The notes: a model not told the origin generated them from the sequence alone. A DNA stretch of 64,000 nucleotides from Rhizodiscina lignyota (GCA_010015805.1 ML978124.1:1922001-1986000); one strand, 5' to 3'; positions 13,231-26,621 are shown, numbered from the stretch's first letter. Numbers and translations are program-made.

Positions 13231-14425
13231 TTAGAACTTATATACCTGATCCTTCTCATAGCCAAGCTGCTTCAGAAACCCATCCAATTCTCCTTGGTCA
13301 GCTGGGCTCTTCTTCATTCCGCTGATCGCCTTGTACATTCCTGGCGGCCCGCAAACGAAGACCTTGACCTTATCACCCTCTTTCGGTTCCGGCAACACAG
13401 TCTTCAAAAGTTCTTGTGTAACGAAACCCTTTCCTTGTCTCCAGCCTTCTGGCGGGTTATCAAGGACGTAGAAAGCGCGGAAGCGTTGGGGATACGTGTT
13501 TTCGAGCTCCTCTAACTCGCGCTTCAACAGGATGTCTTTCTCGGAGATGTTGCCAAAGACCAAGGTGACTTTCGTCTTGTCTTCGGGATTATTGAAGATT
13601 GCACGGCAAAGCTGATACATGGGTGTTATTCCTGTACCACCAGCGATCAGGGCGATGTGCTCGTGCTTATTTGTCGACCAAGGATACTTTGGGATGGGTC
13701 CTTTGAATTCGAGACTCTGGCCAGGACTCAAGCTGTGGAGGTGCTCGGACATCGGTCCCTTTTCATAGCGCTTGATGATGAAGTCGATGTGACCCTGGGC
13801 GTCTACATATAGGGATCAGTATTAAACCATATTAAGCTTCGATATACATACCTTCATCGCTTACTGGAGTGTACGGTCTGATTACTGGCTTCTCCATCTC
13901 CGGGCCCTTGAACTTCGTCAACAAGGCAGCTGCCGCCTATCAGTCTGACATTGTGCACCAAGCGGGGTTTCTATAAGCTCACAAGCAATGTGCAGGCCGC
14001 TCACAGCATTGTCATCGTCGAGGTGGAATCGGAACTTCTTCGTATTGTGATTGATCTCCTCCACCGAGTCGAGCACCAAGCTCACGAAGCCTTGGTCGCC
14101 ACCTTTGAACGTCTTCGGTGCATCCGCCTTGTTCGCAATGCTAGTAGCCTTGTCCTTCGCAGAATCGACTGCTTCCTTCGCTTTCGGGCTACCAGAGAGG
14201 TAGTAGTACGCGCCTACACCTGCAGCTGCGGCGAGACCGCCGTATATTATCGTGTTGTTAGAAGACGGCTTCGGAGGTTCAGTGGCATAGCGGCGGACGT
14301 GCTATTCGCGATATATTGGTTAGCATTGGAGCTTGCAAAGCAATTGTGGAGCAACGGGAGATTCGGGAGCTGTTGTTTACCTGGCTGAGTTGCCTTGCAG
14401 GCCGAAAGATTGATCTGGAGAACAT
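13231..14425 (-). CDS. MCR1: Mitochondrial NADH-cytochrome b5 reductase 2, 3 introns
   Basis: Presequence-like [40 protein letters not shown]-term QVYKF; canonical introns. Confidence 0.93.
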
Positions 14426-15034
14426 TTTGGTCGAAGGAAATGATATCGAGAGCTCGTACCAGTCCAATAGCGAGAGTTCAAAGTTACAGGACGGTCAATT
14501 ATGGTCGAGGGGAGCTTTGAAATCCACGCGGAAAAGCACAATTGCACAATTGGATGACGTCGGCAGCTGTTGTTATAATGTCCGATGCAGTGCCCACCAA
14601 TGATGCTTATGTCAGCACAGCTCTTATATAGGTAGTTTTGCTAAATCTCTTTGGCCGATGTTGACGTTATAAATTTATACCTAGAGCGCCAGTAATCAAG
14701 TCAATATCTTGTGCCTTTAATTTCAGTTATACTTTTAAGCATTGTATATCATAATCGTGTTGCGTTACAGTTCTTAAAATTATAAATTGATTCCCTTGTG
14801 CCAGTGCCCAATTTAGCGAACTTCATCTCGGAGTTTTGTTCGAGTGAGAGCTCAGTTGCTCTTTCAATTATAGGGCGGAAGCTTGTTGTTAAAGTGCAGT
14901 GAAACTATTTCTACTCTATTGAGCGTCTTGATAGATCGTAGCAGGTTAAATCTCAAGGAGGGTGAGAACAATGATAGTTCAGTATCAGTGGCCTTCGTGA
15001 ACGGACATAGATCGTATCCATGAACACTGTTCCT

Positions 15035-16123
15035 CTACAGTATCTCCCCTCGTAGCTTCATCAAGTATTCCTTAGCAATCGGATTCCCATCCCCACCGGC
15101 CGCGAAACTATATTCTCCGATCCATATCTTCTTCAGCGACTTGCAAACTTCAAACACCACGCCGGCGATGTTCTCACCGACCTGTCTCTTCAGCTCCTCC
15201 TGTTGCCGCCTAACCTCTTCTCCACCAGGGCCCGCATAATTGAGGTTGGACCAATTCGACCGAAACGCCATGCTCAACTCCCTGGCACTCGCCAGAGCCA
15301 GCTCCTGCAGCTGCTCAAACTTGGAAATAAGGAGTAGATACTCCTCCGGCTCGCTCTCATACGACTCCCCAGGCATCCCCAACCGTCGAAGCAACGGCAT
15401 GTGCTCGTACACATGGCAAAGTTGCGCTGCTGACCACTTCTGGCTCATCTCGAAAGCGGTCAACTTCGCCGCGCGCCCTGCAGCCTCAACCAGTGCGGTC
15501 GCGTGCCCGCGTCTAACGCTCTCTTCTGCTGTTTCCTCGTCCTTGGCACGCGGAGAATACAGGAAGTAGTGCTGATTCGACGCGATACTCTCTACGTTCG
15601 GGCAGTACGGAACTACGAACTCGCAGTATGCGCCTGCCACGAGAGTCTTTACCAGATTGAAAGAGATACCGGCAGTAGCGAACGCACTGTCGAATATTGC
15701 TGTGTGGTATTCCGGCAGTATAATGGCGAGATGCTGCAGCTTTGGCATGTAGCTGAGCACGGAGACGAGTCGGCCTGGCAGGTCGTCCGTGGGGATGCCA
15801 GAGTCGTTGTGGCGGTAGAGATCGAATTTAAAGGAGCGGGTGTGATGGAGCAATTCTGGACACGACTGCAGGACTTTGAGGGCCCGTAATATGTTCGCTA
15901 TGTTGCCATCCAGGGAGAGCCGGCGGAATATCTTGGGGGCTAGCAGGTGTCTGAGACGACGGTTAACCATAGAAAGGCTCTTGAGCGGGTATGGTGCTTG
16001 GTTGGCAAGTGGCGTGGGTTCATCCCCAATTGCCGTACATATCTCATGCAAGATGTCATCGTTCAATTCGTTGAATGAAATCTGATTATTATGGTCTCTT
16101 GAGAAACTGGGTGTGGCGTTCAT
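15035..16123 (-). CDS. F-box-like hypothetical protein
   Basis: Long ORF with N-terminal FNELNDDILHEIC...LKSLSMVNRRLRHLLAPKIFR (F-box-like) followed by leucine-rich segments; start at 16123 or 16174. Confidence 0.7.
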   Translation of the reverse strand: MNATPSFSRDHNNQISFNELNDDILHEICTAIGDEPTPLANQAPYPLKSLSMVNRRLRHLLAPKIFRRLSLDGNIANILRALKVLQSCPELLHHTRSFKFDLYRHNDSGIPTDDLPGRLVSVLSYMPKLQHLAIILPEYHTAIFDSAFATAGISFNLVKTLVAGAYCEFVVPYCPNVESIASNQHYFLYSPRAKDEETAEESVRRGHATALVEAAGRAAKLTAFEMSQKWSAAQLCHVYEHMPLLRRLGMPGESYESEPEEYLLLISKFEQLQELALASARELSMAFRSNWSNLNYAGPGGEEVRRQQEELKRQVGENIAGVVFEVCKSLKKIWIGEYSFAAGGDGNPIAKEYLMKLRGEIL

Positions 16124-17320
16124 TGTGATAATGAAAAAGTGGGAGGAAGGAATGGCACAAGCATCCAGACACAACGAAATAGATAGTAAGAAGCGACATG
16201 ATGAGATGCAAGCTCGGTATAAATACAGTGTGCTGGCTTGTCAAGTGGATGTTTTCAAATTGGAGGACGTTGCTGCCTGTGGAGTCATGTCGTACGAAAT
16301 GAGTCTTTAACAGTTGTCCTTTTCACCTTAATCTGCGCTCCGCCGCCTGCAACTGAATATAACACTTTGCCCGTTCTCATGAAAAGTGTGACAGCAAAAA
16401 GTCAAATTAACCCTAATAAAAAACTCGACTACATAAAATTCTTAAAATTTCGCAAGTGGGTGGAAGAAACCGGTCCTCCACGTAAGGTAGGCATCGGCTC
16501 CGGCTTCGAGGGTATGTATATGTGCAGCGTGGCTCCACGTTCGAGGTCAGATATGTTGAACAAAGTTGAGCAGCTCAAAAAACGATCCTCTAAGCTTTCG
16601 TTCGTAGCTGATTTAAGAAGATGAAACGGCACCGTCACGAAAAGTGACTGCGAGAATATTCGGAGCGTTGCGAAAAGCTTCACTGTGACACGCTTCGAGG
16701 GTCTTCTACGGCAGTTCCTTGTCCGTACATATCATTGATCTAATGAGCGCTAGGAGCAAATGCTGTACATATAAGCCTAGAAGTTATATGAAACTGTTTT
16801 GGGACGACTTGACGTGGACTGGCATGTCAAGTTCGATTCAGGGGTGCGGAGTGCGGATATTGCGAACTTGAGAAAACACATCCACGGCGCAGAGAATGTA
16901 ATTATCTATAAGATCAATCCTGTTACAATGTGACAATTGCTACTTTGCAGGTGAAAAGCAAAGTAAGAACACTTGTGAGATGATTGCAGAACTACGGGAC
17001 AGATGCATACGTATCTGAGCTAGTCAATTACATAGTGTAGCCTCGCGGCGTACCTGCCCTCAGCTTACTGTCTTGACAGAGTCCTTCTCCCGGATGCAAA
17101 TACGAAAGACACGGATACCAAAAGGATTCCGCATCCCATTATTACAATCCTAGCCCAAATAGCTATAAGCATTTTCCAGCTACCCAGATGTATTGGGCGA
17201 GATCCACGGGTGAGATTCCATTCGATGCCCCTTCTTGCGGATGCAGCTGGAATCGAAGGTTTCAGCATCATCGGATAGCCTGCTGGCCATATCCCACCAT
17301 GAAAGGTCACAGTTCCACGC

Positions 17321-18958
17321 TTACAACGTGTATTCCTCAAACTCCCTCGTTCTCTGTTGAATGATCTCATGCAGCCGCTCAGCAGGACTGTAGTTCTTGT
17401 ATATCTCCTTAAACTTCTCCGCAGTCTCTTTGTAATTCGGATTGTTCAATATCTTATCGACAGATTCCCGTATCTGGTCTTTGTCCGCCTGGAGCACGTT
17501 ATGGTAAATGCCGACCTTCCTGACTTCCATGATGACTCCTGTTTGTGGCTTGTCCTGCTCAAGACCAGTGGAGACCATGGGCACGCCATGACGAAGAGCA
17601 TGTTGGATAGTTCCGTAGCCAGCGCTTGTAACGAGGACATCGACCTTGGCCTGATCAGTAGATGGATCAAGAGAGGTCAGGCTGGGACAACTTCTTGACC
17701 CTCGAGGACGGGCGTCAACTTACATGAGGCAACAGTAAATCCATCGGTATAGTCCTAGCGTATCGAGCATTTGACGCGATTCGGTCTTTGACCACCTCGG
17801 GGTCGTTGCTGACAAACATGGCTGCTATGAAGAGGTCCTCTCTATCCTTGAGGCCTTCCAGAGCAGGCATCATCAGGAAATCAACGATATAGTCCAGACT
17901 GCTTGTCGAGACAGCGATGATCTTTTTGCCGTCGGCCTTCGCTTGAAGCATCTCCTCCCACCACTCAGGAAGCGTGCGGTCGACGAAGCCCGGCTTCTCC
18001 GGAACGCCAATGAACTCTACACCGGGACGAATATCGGGTCTGTCGAGCTCGAACTGAGGCACAGTAAGAGGGCAGTAGAGATCGGGAAGGTCATTGATGA
18101 TATCGGGAAAGACCGACGGCTCTATGGTAGCCCCAAGATCTTTAAAATTCTGCCGTATCGCCTTGGTCACTGCGTTAAGCACGGGATGTGCTTTGTACCA
18201 TTTCTGCCACTCAGGCCAGTGAATCTCAGGAGCATTTGGGCCCGTCTCTGGAAGTCTGCCATCACGATAAGGATACGTGTAATTGGAGAAGCCTGGGATA
18301 GGGATGATGCCGATGGCAATGTCAGTGTGCGGCCGAAGCCCTGGGCCACCTCTCTGAACTGGCCCCAAGGCGAAGATTGAGGCATCATGGATGAATATCG
18401 TTCGCGCATCATTGAGCCGTCGAAGTGTTCGCTGTAAGGTCCGATGGTAGTCGCTGTTAGCATCTGCGAACATATAGCTGTACGCTTCAATTTCTTTCTC
18501 GTCTGAATTAGGCATCTCAAGCCACCTTGCTCAAGTGGAGTAAGTCAGCCGACTGCGGATTCCAATTTGTACAATGGAGCATCTCACCTCTGCATCCTCT
18601 CGGGAGGACATATGAACATTCCACAAGTATTGTCGATCTCTTCGTATGTCGCTCCCGTCACTCTGATTTTGTCCTCAAAATCGGGTGTGCCTAAGAATGT
18701 GACTGAATAGCCCTTCTTGACCAACCCTTCCGCGATTAGAGATAGCTTCTCCAAGTGCGACCAATGCGGCAGAGACGCCAGGATTATGGGCGGATATGTA
18801 GACGTCTTGTTGGTCCCACCGTTCATGAAACTTGTCACTTGTTGCGCGGTCGTCTCCAGGCCCTCGAGCACCGCCTGCTGGCCAGTGCCCAACACCACGG
18901 AAGAGAACAAGAGCGAAAGAAGAAAACTGAGCAGTACCATTTTGGCAGGGCCTCTCAT
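17321..18958 (-). CDS. GT1 family UDP-glycosyltransferase, 2 introns, N-terminal hydrophobic leader
   Basis: N-terminal SHLEKL..IAEGLVKKGYSVTF; LPEWW; UDP-sugar-binding signature IPMDLLLPH-DVLVTSAGYGTIQHALRHGVPMVSTGLEQDK. Confidence 0.88.
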
Positions 18959-19901
18959 GACAGATGCTGCGATATTAACACAGGAAAAGAGATACGACTG
19001 CTGCTGCGAACCATGATGAGCGTTTATATCACCCCTTGTGTTGCGGACATGCCAGAGATATCAGCGGTCTGGACCCGTTTGCATCAATCTACTGCTTACT
19101 GTTACTCTCTATTTCAGGGAGTATCATCGTGTCAGAGTAGTTGTGTCAGTACAATAGGGATAAAGGAGACGTTCAGCACGGGGTCCATTTTACCCCCGCT
19201 CATCTGTTCGCCTGTGGATCGGCAAAGGTAAAGGAACTACATTTCGCTGATAGAATGGGTATCCCTCCCGATATTACTTCAGAAGAGCGTAAGAACTTGT
19301 AACCGAAAAGGTCTTTCCATGGTCGTTGGTTACGATTCAGCCTTCGGAAGGTATGATAACTAAGAAGGATCGAAGAGCGAGCTTGGATTTCACTGTATAA
19401 CGTAAGCCGCTAAATAACGCTTTTGCTGAGTGGTTGAAAAAAATTATAACTCAGCTTTCTCAAGTTGGGTTAGTTTCTGCATTATCATGACAATGATTGG
19501 GCGCAACGAGTTCCGGCATTTGGTTCGCATGATTTCAGATGGCTATCCACACTCGGACGGGGGAGAAGAGGACTACTTGGTCGCTGACTCGCGGAGTTTC
19601 CCTCATGAAGAAAAGGCGCTGCCGACAATTTGGTGAATTCCAAACTGCATCAGCCTTGCGAGAATATCGACGGGAGCTAACCTCAGCTTCAGTGCCTTGT
19701 GGTTGTGGGCCTTGTGGCTAACCTTCCGCATGTGCAGCGGGAAGGCATCCTTATTGCTTACTGTTTGGGGTAGTGGCGCTTCAACCCACGTTGCATGGAC
19801 ACAATCCTTGGTGTGTCAGCAACGGAAAAAGGCGCAGCCCGTGAGACACTGAAAGTTTGCTGGAGAACTCTGGAAATACTTCGCAAGGTGGCGGAAATGG
19901 A

Positions 19902-22729
19902 TTATCCTAAGCCTTCCCTACGCTCCTCGCCTTCCCCATTGTCTTCTCCAAGGAGACCTCTCTCCTCTGGCATATCCTGGCTTCTCAAAACACCTCGTGC
20001 ACCTTCATCTTCTCCTTGTGGGTTGTCTTCGGCACCTTCGAGTACGGTCCAGACATCCTTCTTGGTCAAGAGACCCTTCAAACTCCCTCGATCTACGAAG
20101 ATCACATACCGGAGGCCGAGGCGTTGGAACATATTTACAGTGAGTTGCAGGCTTGCGCGGAAGTTCAGAGTGATTGGCGTGTGATCCATCCACGGACGCA
20201 AATCCAGGGTTGTTGTTGGATCAGCCAGTGGCTGATGCAAGAAATAAGCCTCAGTCTCTGGTGATAGATTTCGAGGAGTAGAGAGCGCAGAGTCCAGCGC
20301 ATATGCAAGCTCAGTACGCGAGATATATCCAAGGAGAACAGCATCGCGTGGATTGTCGATGACAGGAAAGCCGCGAAATGAGTGGCTTTTAAGCATGTCT
20401 TGGAGCGATCGGATGGCATGACCGGTGGCGGTAATTACCATCAAGTCTTCAATGCGAGTCATAACCTGCGCAGCAGGTACGTCTGGTACTTTGCTGCCAT
20501 CGTCATCCTTATTCGAGAGGAACGGGTAGCCGTTGAAACGTATCCAGGCTTCGTAGATACCCCTTTTCGTGATGCCGTCACCGATCCACTTGCTCAGCAT
20601 TACAGCGATCATAATCGGCAAGACATATGTCAAAGCTCCTGTTAGTTCGAACATAATGACAACGATCGATACCGTGATTCGGGTTGCGCCGGCTAATGCA
20701 GAAGCTGCACCGATGATCGCGTACGTCCCAGGGGTGATACAGGTCTTGTCGGGTTCACAGTAGATGAAGGGAAAGGCGTTAGGATATGCGTTTTGCCAGG
20801 ACTCGATTACGAGGCCAACGGCTCGACCGTAGAGTGCACCTATAGCCATGGAAGGAAGGATAATGCCAGCCGGCACCATCAGGCCAAAGGTGATGCTTGC
20901 CAGGAGGAAGCCCAAGAGTGCTGCCACGATGAGAAGAGCTATGACACCAGTATTCGCTTTTCCAGATTTACAAAGCCCTAGAAGGTCGTCCGGGATATCG
21001 ACGCATTCTGCAAATAATAGGTGGACGAGTTCGGAAGCCTGTGCTCGCATGAACGTGATTGGGAAGTTAATCAAAGCCGTCAATGTTGCTACTGCAATGA
21101 CCTCAAGAACAGGTCCTTTGAAAAGGGTCGAAGATCGTCGCCATTCGGCAACTTTCATGTTCAGCTTGACGAACAGGCCACCGTAAATGCCGCCGATGAT
21201 TCCCAGAAGCGCAAAAGGCACAAGCTCGAAATTGTGCCACCCGGAGTGGTAAGTGACTTCGTACAACACTATCTTTCCACTCCGGAAGGGATCAATGGCT
21301 TGGAGAGTAACTGCTGCAACCATAGCGCAGACGAAACTTTGCCACATGGTCTTGTCCGGAAAATAATAAGAGAGTTGTTCCAAGCTGAAGAGGACTCCGC
21401 CAATCGGTGAAGCAAAAGCGACTGATATCCCGGCCGCTGCTGCCGCAGATAAAGCCTCTCGCTTTCGTGCTTCATTATTATTCAGGTTGTCGAAGAGCTT
21501 GAGAAAAAGGTTCGCGCAACAACATGCGACATGCACCAAGGGTCCTTCTTTTCCTAGCCACAGGCCAGATGCAACGGCAACGCACTTATAACGTTAGTGT
21601 GCACCTCCTGGAAAAGACAGAGCCACTTACTAGTCCGAGAGATTTCGTGATAAGTGTCCATGCGCCCATGAAATGCCGAATAACAAATCCGCCCAAGACC
21701 GTTTTGATTTCCGGTATACCACTTTGCTTGGCAAAGCTTGAGTAATTCTTGACTAAAATACTAGCACACGCCGCAAAGAGAACCTGAGTCAGTCAGCATC
21801 GTGTCATCTTTGTTTCCGAGCCTAGCTTTGAACGTACTGAAAAAATAACGAACAAAATGTAGTTGATGATGTAGGCACCGGCTTGCGATCGTATGCCCAA
21901 CGCCATGCTCCAGAGTTGCCAATCTTTGCATTGGGCCAACTCTTCATACCCAAAGCAGCAGAAGCTGCGGCTGAGATAGAACTTGCCTCCCGTCCTGACG
22001 TTACTGCAATATCCGGTTTTCAGATCCGCCAACCAGTCGCTCGATATATCGATGAAGGCTGCAACCACGCCGCTAGCAATACCAGCGAGAATGAGGACGA
22101 TCCATATCTGACTCGCATCGTGTATCTGTCGTATGTACCCCATTATGCCCGCTGTGTTGGAATAAAGCACTCGGAGCCGTTGCCTTTCCTTCGCATATTC
22201 GTATATCCAGTCAATCGCTGTAAGATTATCGTAGCCCACACGACGACCTGGCCCTTCCACATACCAGTCCAAACCTCCACCATCTTTGATCTCTTGAGGT
22301 TGTAAGCCTGTAGGGTCGCCGGGTCCATCGAGGTAAGGTAGTATCGCTTCTGTCGAGTCGCTCGCACCTGGATTCAGCCGAAGTTGGCCAAGTCTAGAGT
22401 TTGCTATTGTGGCTGGCGATTGGTTTCGACTGTTGTTGGATAAGGGAGAAGAAAGGAACTTTGGAAGTGAGAAGCCTTGTCGTGCTTTCTGCTTGCGCTT
22501 GAACGATATCCTGAGAGCTCTGTAAGTTTCAGTGAATTCTTATAGAAGGTAGAAAACAATACCGATTAGGAATGTCTTCGTCTAGCGGATCTGCGGCTAA
22601 GACGCCGTCGTCGTCGCGCGTATTTTGCTCATCTTCGTCGTCCTCCACAGTGGTTTGCGGCGGCGTGCTGCGACTGGATGACGCTTCCCCTCGTTCGTTC
22701 TCCCATGGATTCAGTGTCGGGTCCGCCAT
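19902..22729 (-). CDS. CLC family chloride channel/transporter with C-terminal CBS pair, 3 introns
   Basis: SGIPE, GKEGP, PIGGVLFSLE, PAGIILPS, GIYE motifs; CBS-like C-terminus; start MADPTLNPWE at 22729. Confidence 0.95.
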
Positions 22730-23205
22730 TTCTAAGGAACTAGCGATCACTAAAAGGAGGCATCTCCTACAACCACTGGCATTTTAGAAGTTTCGTTGCT
22801 ATGAATGTAAGACGTTGTATCTTAAAGCGCTCACCAATGATATCTAGGCAGCCGAAAGCGCTTCGGCAAATTCCGTACTTGTATGCTGAGGTGGCATGGG
22901 GTCTTCGAATCTGGAAGACATGGACCACTGGGCACAAAAATGACAAGAGATTCATTTTGATGCCGAAGTAATGTTTATTGGCACTGGTACCTGCTGCTTT
23001 GACCCATCTCAAGAGAAGTACTCGGGTGCAATATTCACAGCACATGAATCGATCAAACTTCATCTACCGCAGCGCCAGTTCTCCAAAGCCTCCAGAAAAC
23101 CAATATGGACGACAATCTGCACACCATAAAAGTTGGCCGCTGCGTGATTTTCATGCCAATATGACCACATTGAATAAGTTCATAAACGCCACCCTATACT
23201 TCCAA

Positions 23206-26200
23206 TCAGTCCTTCACCTTAGCTTGCCGCCTCGCAGTCCCAATGTGCGTATTATTGACCTGTAGGTTGTGTTAGTCCTTGGTCAAACGAGATAGTGACA
23301 CGATTTCCTAGCTCACCTTCTTCGCAAATTTCAGACTGCTCAGCGTGTCTTGCAGATGTGCCTGGAGTGGGCTGACCATGACGAACATGAGTGTCTTCGA
23401 GTTGCCTGATAAGCTGAACTGCAGCAGGTACGAAAGCTTGGAATTCCGGTACGGCACATGGCCGCCTTCTTTGCCTTGTCCAAGAGCAGCAATTACATCA
23501 CCAAGGCAGCTCAGGCTCTTGTTGATCGACTGGGTCTCCTTGAGGCGTTGGCCCTCCGCTCCCGAAAGCGCGAGGCGCTCGGAACCGGCTAGGTCCACAA
23601 GATTGAGCACACCTAATACATCAGTGAATATACCATCAAAACGCACAGTTCCACGTTTCTTACCTTCTGATCTTTCTCCCGTTACTGCATTCACGCCTAC
23701 AAGATTGAGTATGAATACGCAATGGCTCCGGCTTGAGCGTTCATTGGCTTTGGTAGCCGCAACACTTCTGTTCTTCTGTGCACGTTGCATGAGGGACTCC
23801 ATCGTTTCTGGCGTATCCAACGGTACTTCTGTGATGTCTGTAATTGTGGTTTTGCATCTCTGCATGTCGTGGCGGATCTCATGCTTTTTCTTGTCGAGCT
23901 CTTCCGCTTTGCCGAGGAGGTCATTGATCGTCTCGTTATAAATCTCGACAAATTGCCCTTTCATCGTGTAACTCCAGCCCTTCTCTTCGAGCGCTTGTGC
24001 GCTGGTGTAGATTTGCTCAACAGCGCGAGGGATCATACCGTCCGACGACGACATGGTGAAGGTCTTCCCAGCGCCTGTCTGACCATAACAGAAGATGCAG
24101 ACGTTGTAGCCATCCAACGCACTTTGGACTAGCTGGCTGATCTCTTCAAAAACTTCCGCGTTCTGCGATGATGGGCCAAAAGAGCGATCGAAGTTGAAAG
24201 CATGGTTCGTCGTGCTGACCTTCCCAAGTGAACTGACTTGCTCCGGTCCTTGGACAGTGATCTCTTTCTTATCCGCTTCGGCATCCGGGAAGATGATATT
24301 CGCTTTTTGATCTAGCTCTCCTTCCAGAGTCGGCCGAACGCGGCAGAAGACTCGAATGTTACCCTTCAGCTCTTGGACTTCGTTGCGCAGCTTCCGCAGC
24401 ACGGACTCTTCATCACGTAACTTTTCTTTTGCAATACGCTCCTGTTCGATAGCTTCTTGCATTCGCTTGTGAAGGTCCGCAAATGATTGTGACTGCTGTT
24501 GGTTGTCGGACTCGAGAAAGTCAATCTTCGCTTTCATGGCGGCCATGGAAGACCCTAAAGTCGTGCAATTCGCCGCAGCGTCTGAAAGCTTGTCTCGTAA
24601 TCCGCTGGCCATGATCTTCTCGCGGTCCAATTCTACGTGGGCTTGTTCCAGCTGCATTCGCAAAGTGTCAGCCTCTCGATCGCGCTGGCCGATATCAATC
24701 GCGACTTTCTGCAACTGGGTGTCTCGCTGGATTGTCAATTCCTGGACTTCCCGCACTCTTTGAACCCTCTCCTCTTCTATCGAAGCGTTTAGTTGTCGTT
24801 GCAGGCTCGACAATTCTTCGGAATGCGTGCGAAGAAGGCGATCGATCTCTTCTTGTCCATTCCGCCGTAATTGATCCTCGAGATCTTGTGCTTGCCTCCT
24901 CAGCTTCTCCACCTCTCTTCCATGGGCGCTCTCCAAGTCCGCGACTGCATGGCGATGTTGTCGGTGAATTTCTTCGACTTCGATAGAATGGCCTCGTCTG
25001 GCTTCATCCATTGTAATGCTGAAAGTCGCCAGTTTTACCTTGCAGTCCTCGAGCTCTCTCCTCAAACTTTCGTTTATTTCGGACAAGTGATCTCTCAGCG
25101 CCTCAAGTTCAGTAACTGCATTTAATCGTTAGAATAGAGAGTACTTCGCGCCCACCGTTAATAAGACATCCGGATTTGCGTGTGATCCACTTGCTACTAC
25201 GCCATTATCGGCGCAAAGCGACACGTTTGCCTCTGCAGTGTGATTGTGATGTGATTGAAATAGACTCACTTCTCGCCTTCATCATCTCTTGGACTTCTTT
25301 GTGGTGGGACTTCTCAAAGTTTGAGCCCTCCATTTGCGTCTTCATTTCGGTATACAACAACTCCATACTCTCGAGTCGTGCGTTGACGTCGAACGCTGTA
25401 GATTCGCTGTTAGCCTCCCATGCTATCGGGGCTGTGATATTTGACGATTTATTAAGAAATTGTTCTTTCTGTGGTGAACCAGGCCGACTGCGCGACCCTT
25501 TAGTTGGGGATTGAGGTTGTGACAAAGGAAATGTTGAGTTTGCTGGATGTTGACTCTGACTCGACTGAAAAGAAGATGTAGGCGTCTTTGTAAGACGTGG
25601 GAGTTTGGACGGGGTTTGGTTGAACTCGTTGTCAGACTTGCGTTCAACCATCTTCCGTCTTGGATCCCTGGCATCGAGACTCATTGTCTGAAATGCCGTA
25701 CATAGTGATGGGTTACGTAAAGAATTTGTCGGGTCCGGTGTAGTATGAGAAGTTGCAGTGGAAGATGAAGACGAGATATCCCGGTGTCTCTGCGTTGCGC
25801 CAACGGCAGATTTAGGCCTCTCCGCCTTGTCGCGGAGATGTTGCCCAAATCTTTTGTCGCGCTGCTTCTTGGAGTGCAGAGTGTCGGTAGTTCTCGGTGT
25901 TGGAATGAAAATTGGCATACCATCGCCATTTACCTCCTCTCTGGCCATCATCTCTTTTTCGTGAAAGTAGTTTGCCATTGAACTCTGAGGCCTCGTTGTT
26001 GTGCCCGCATGGTATGACCCTGCCCTCGAGTGACCCATCACACTGTTTGGTCTCGAACCTGTCCCATATGACATAGGTCGCCTCGAAGGTCCCACGCTGC
26101 TTGTGTTCGAAGAATTCGATACCGTTCGCGCCGATGATGAAGGAGCGCGCGAATGGCTAGATATTGATGAGGAGTTTGAGATGTTTCGTGATCCTGGCTC

Positions 26201-26621
26201 GACTTTCACTTGGCCATTCGAAGGGACAGGTCTAATGCTTGGTGGCGCTGCGTGGTTTCGCCCGTGTGGCTGGCCGGCTCTGTCTTTCAGGGTGACGCGC
26301 TTTGCACTAGGCTCGGGAACTATTACAAGTGAGCTCTGTATGCGCTTTCTAAGGACTCTCGATTGACCTACGGTTGGAGACTTTGTGTTTTAAGCCCGTG
26401 GTTTGCGGTGGGGGCATGGCCGAAGTCGAGCCCATTCTCATATTGTTTTCTGAAGCGGACATCTCGCCCAGCCCTTTTCCAGAGAACAACGGGGGAATTC
26501 TGCTCGGTGGTTGAAGCTTCGACATCTTGGGAGACTATTTGCAGCTGTTAGTATCCACCGTTGCTATGGACTTTGGGAGTATAGCGCATTACCCGACTCT
26601 CGTCGACTCGCAGTCCGACAT
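23206..26621 (-). CDS. KAR3: Kinesin-14 (C-terminal motor; Kar3/KlpA), multiple introns; start uncertain (26621 or ~26526)
   Basis: Coiled coil then ELKGNIRVFCRVRP, CIFCYGQTGAGKT, NERSSRSH, LVDLAGSER, HVPYRNSKL; last exon VNNTHIGTARRQAKVKD*. Confidence 0.93.

Noticed and set aside
14600..14900. AT-rich patch considered as a RIP-mutated repeat
   Set aside because: Short, with no terminal repeats or transposon remnants; consistent with the MCR1 promoter and the adjacent terminator.
16408..16416. TAACCCTAA, matching the Pezizomycotina telomerase RNA template
   Set aside because: A 9-mer is expected about 0.5 times by chance in 64 kb on both strands; I saw no pseudoknot or CR4/5-like elements, and there is little room before the convergent UGT.
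23613..23663. Apparent 17-aa insertion in the kinesin motor (GKKRGTVRFDGIFTDVL)
   Set aside because: It is a 51-nt stop-free GT-AG intron with a CTGAT branch site, read through by the ORF finder.
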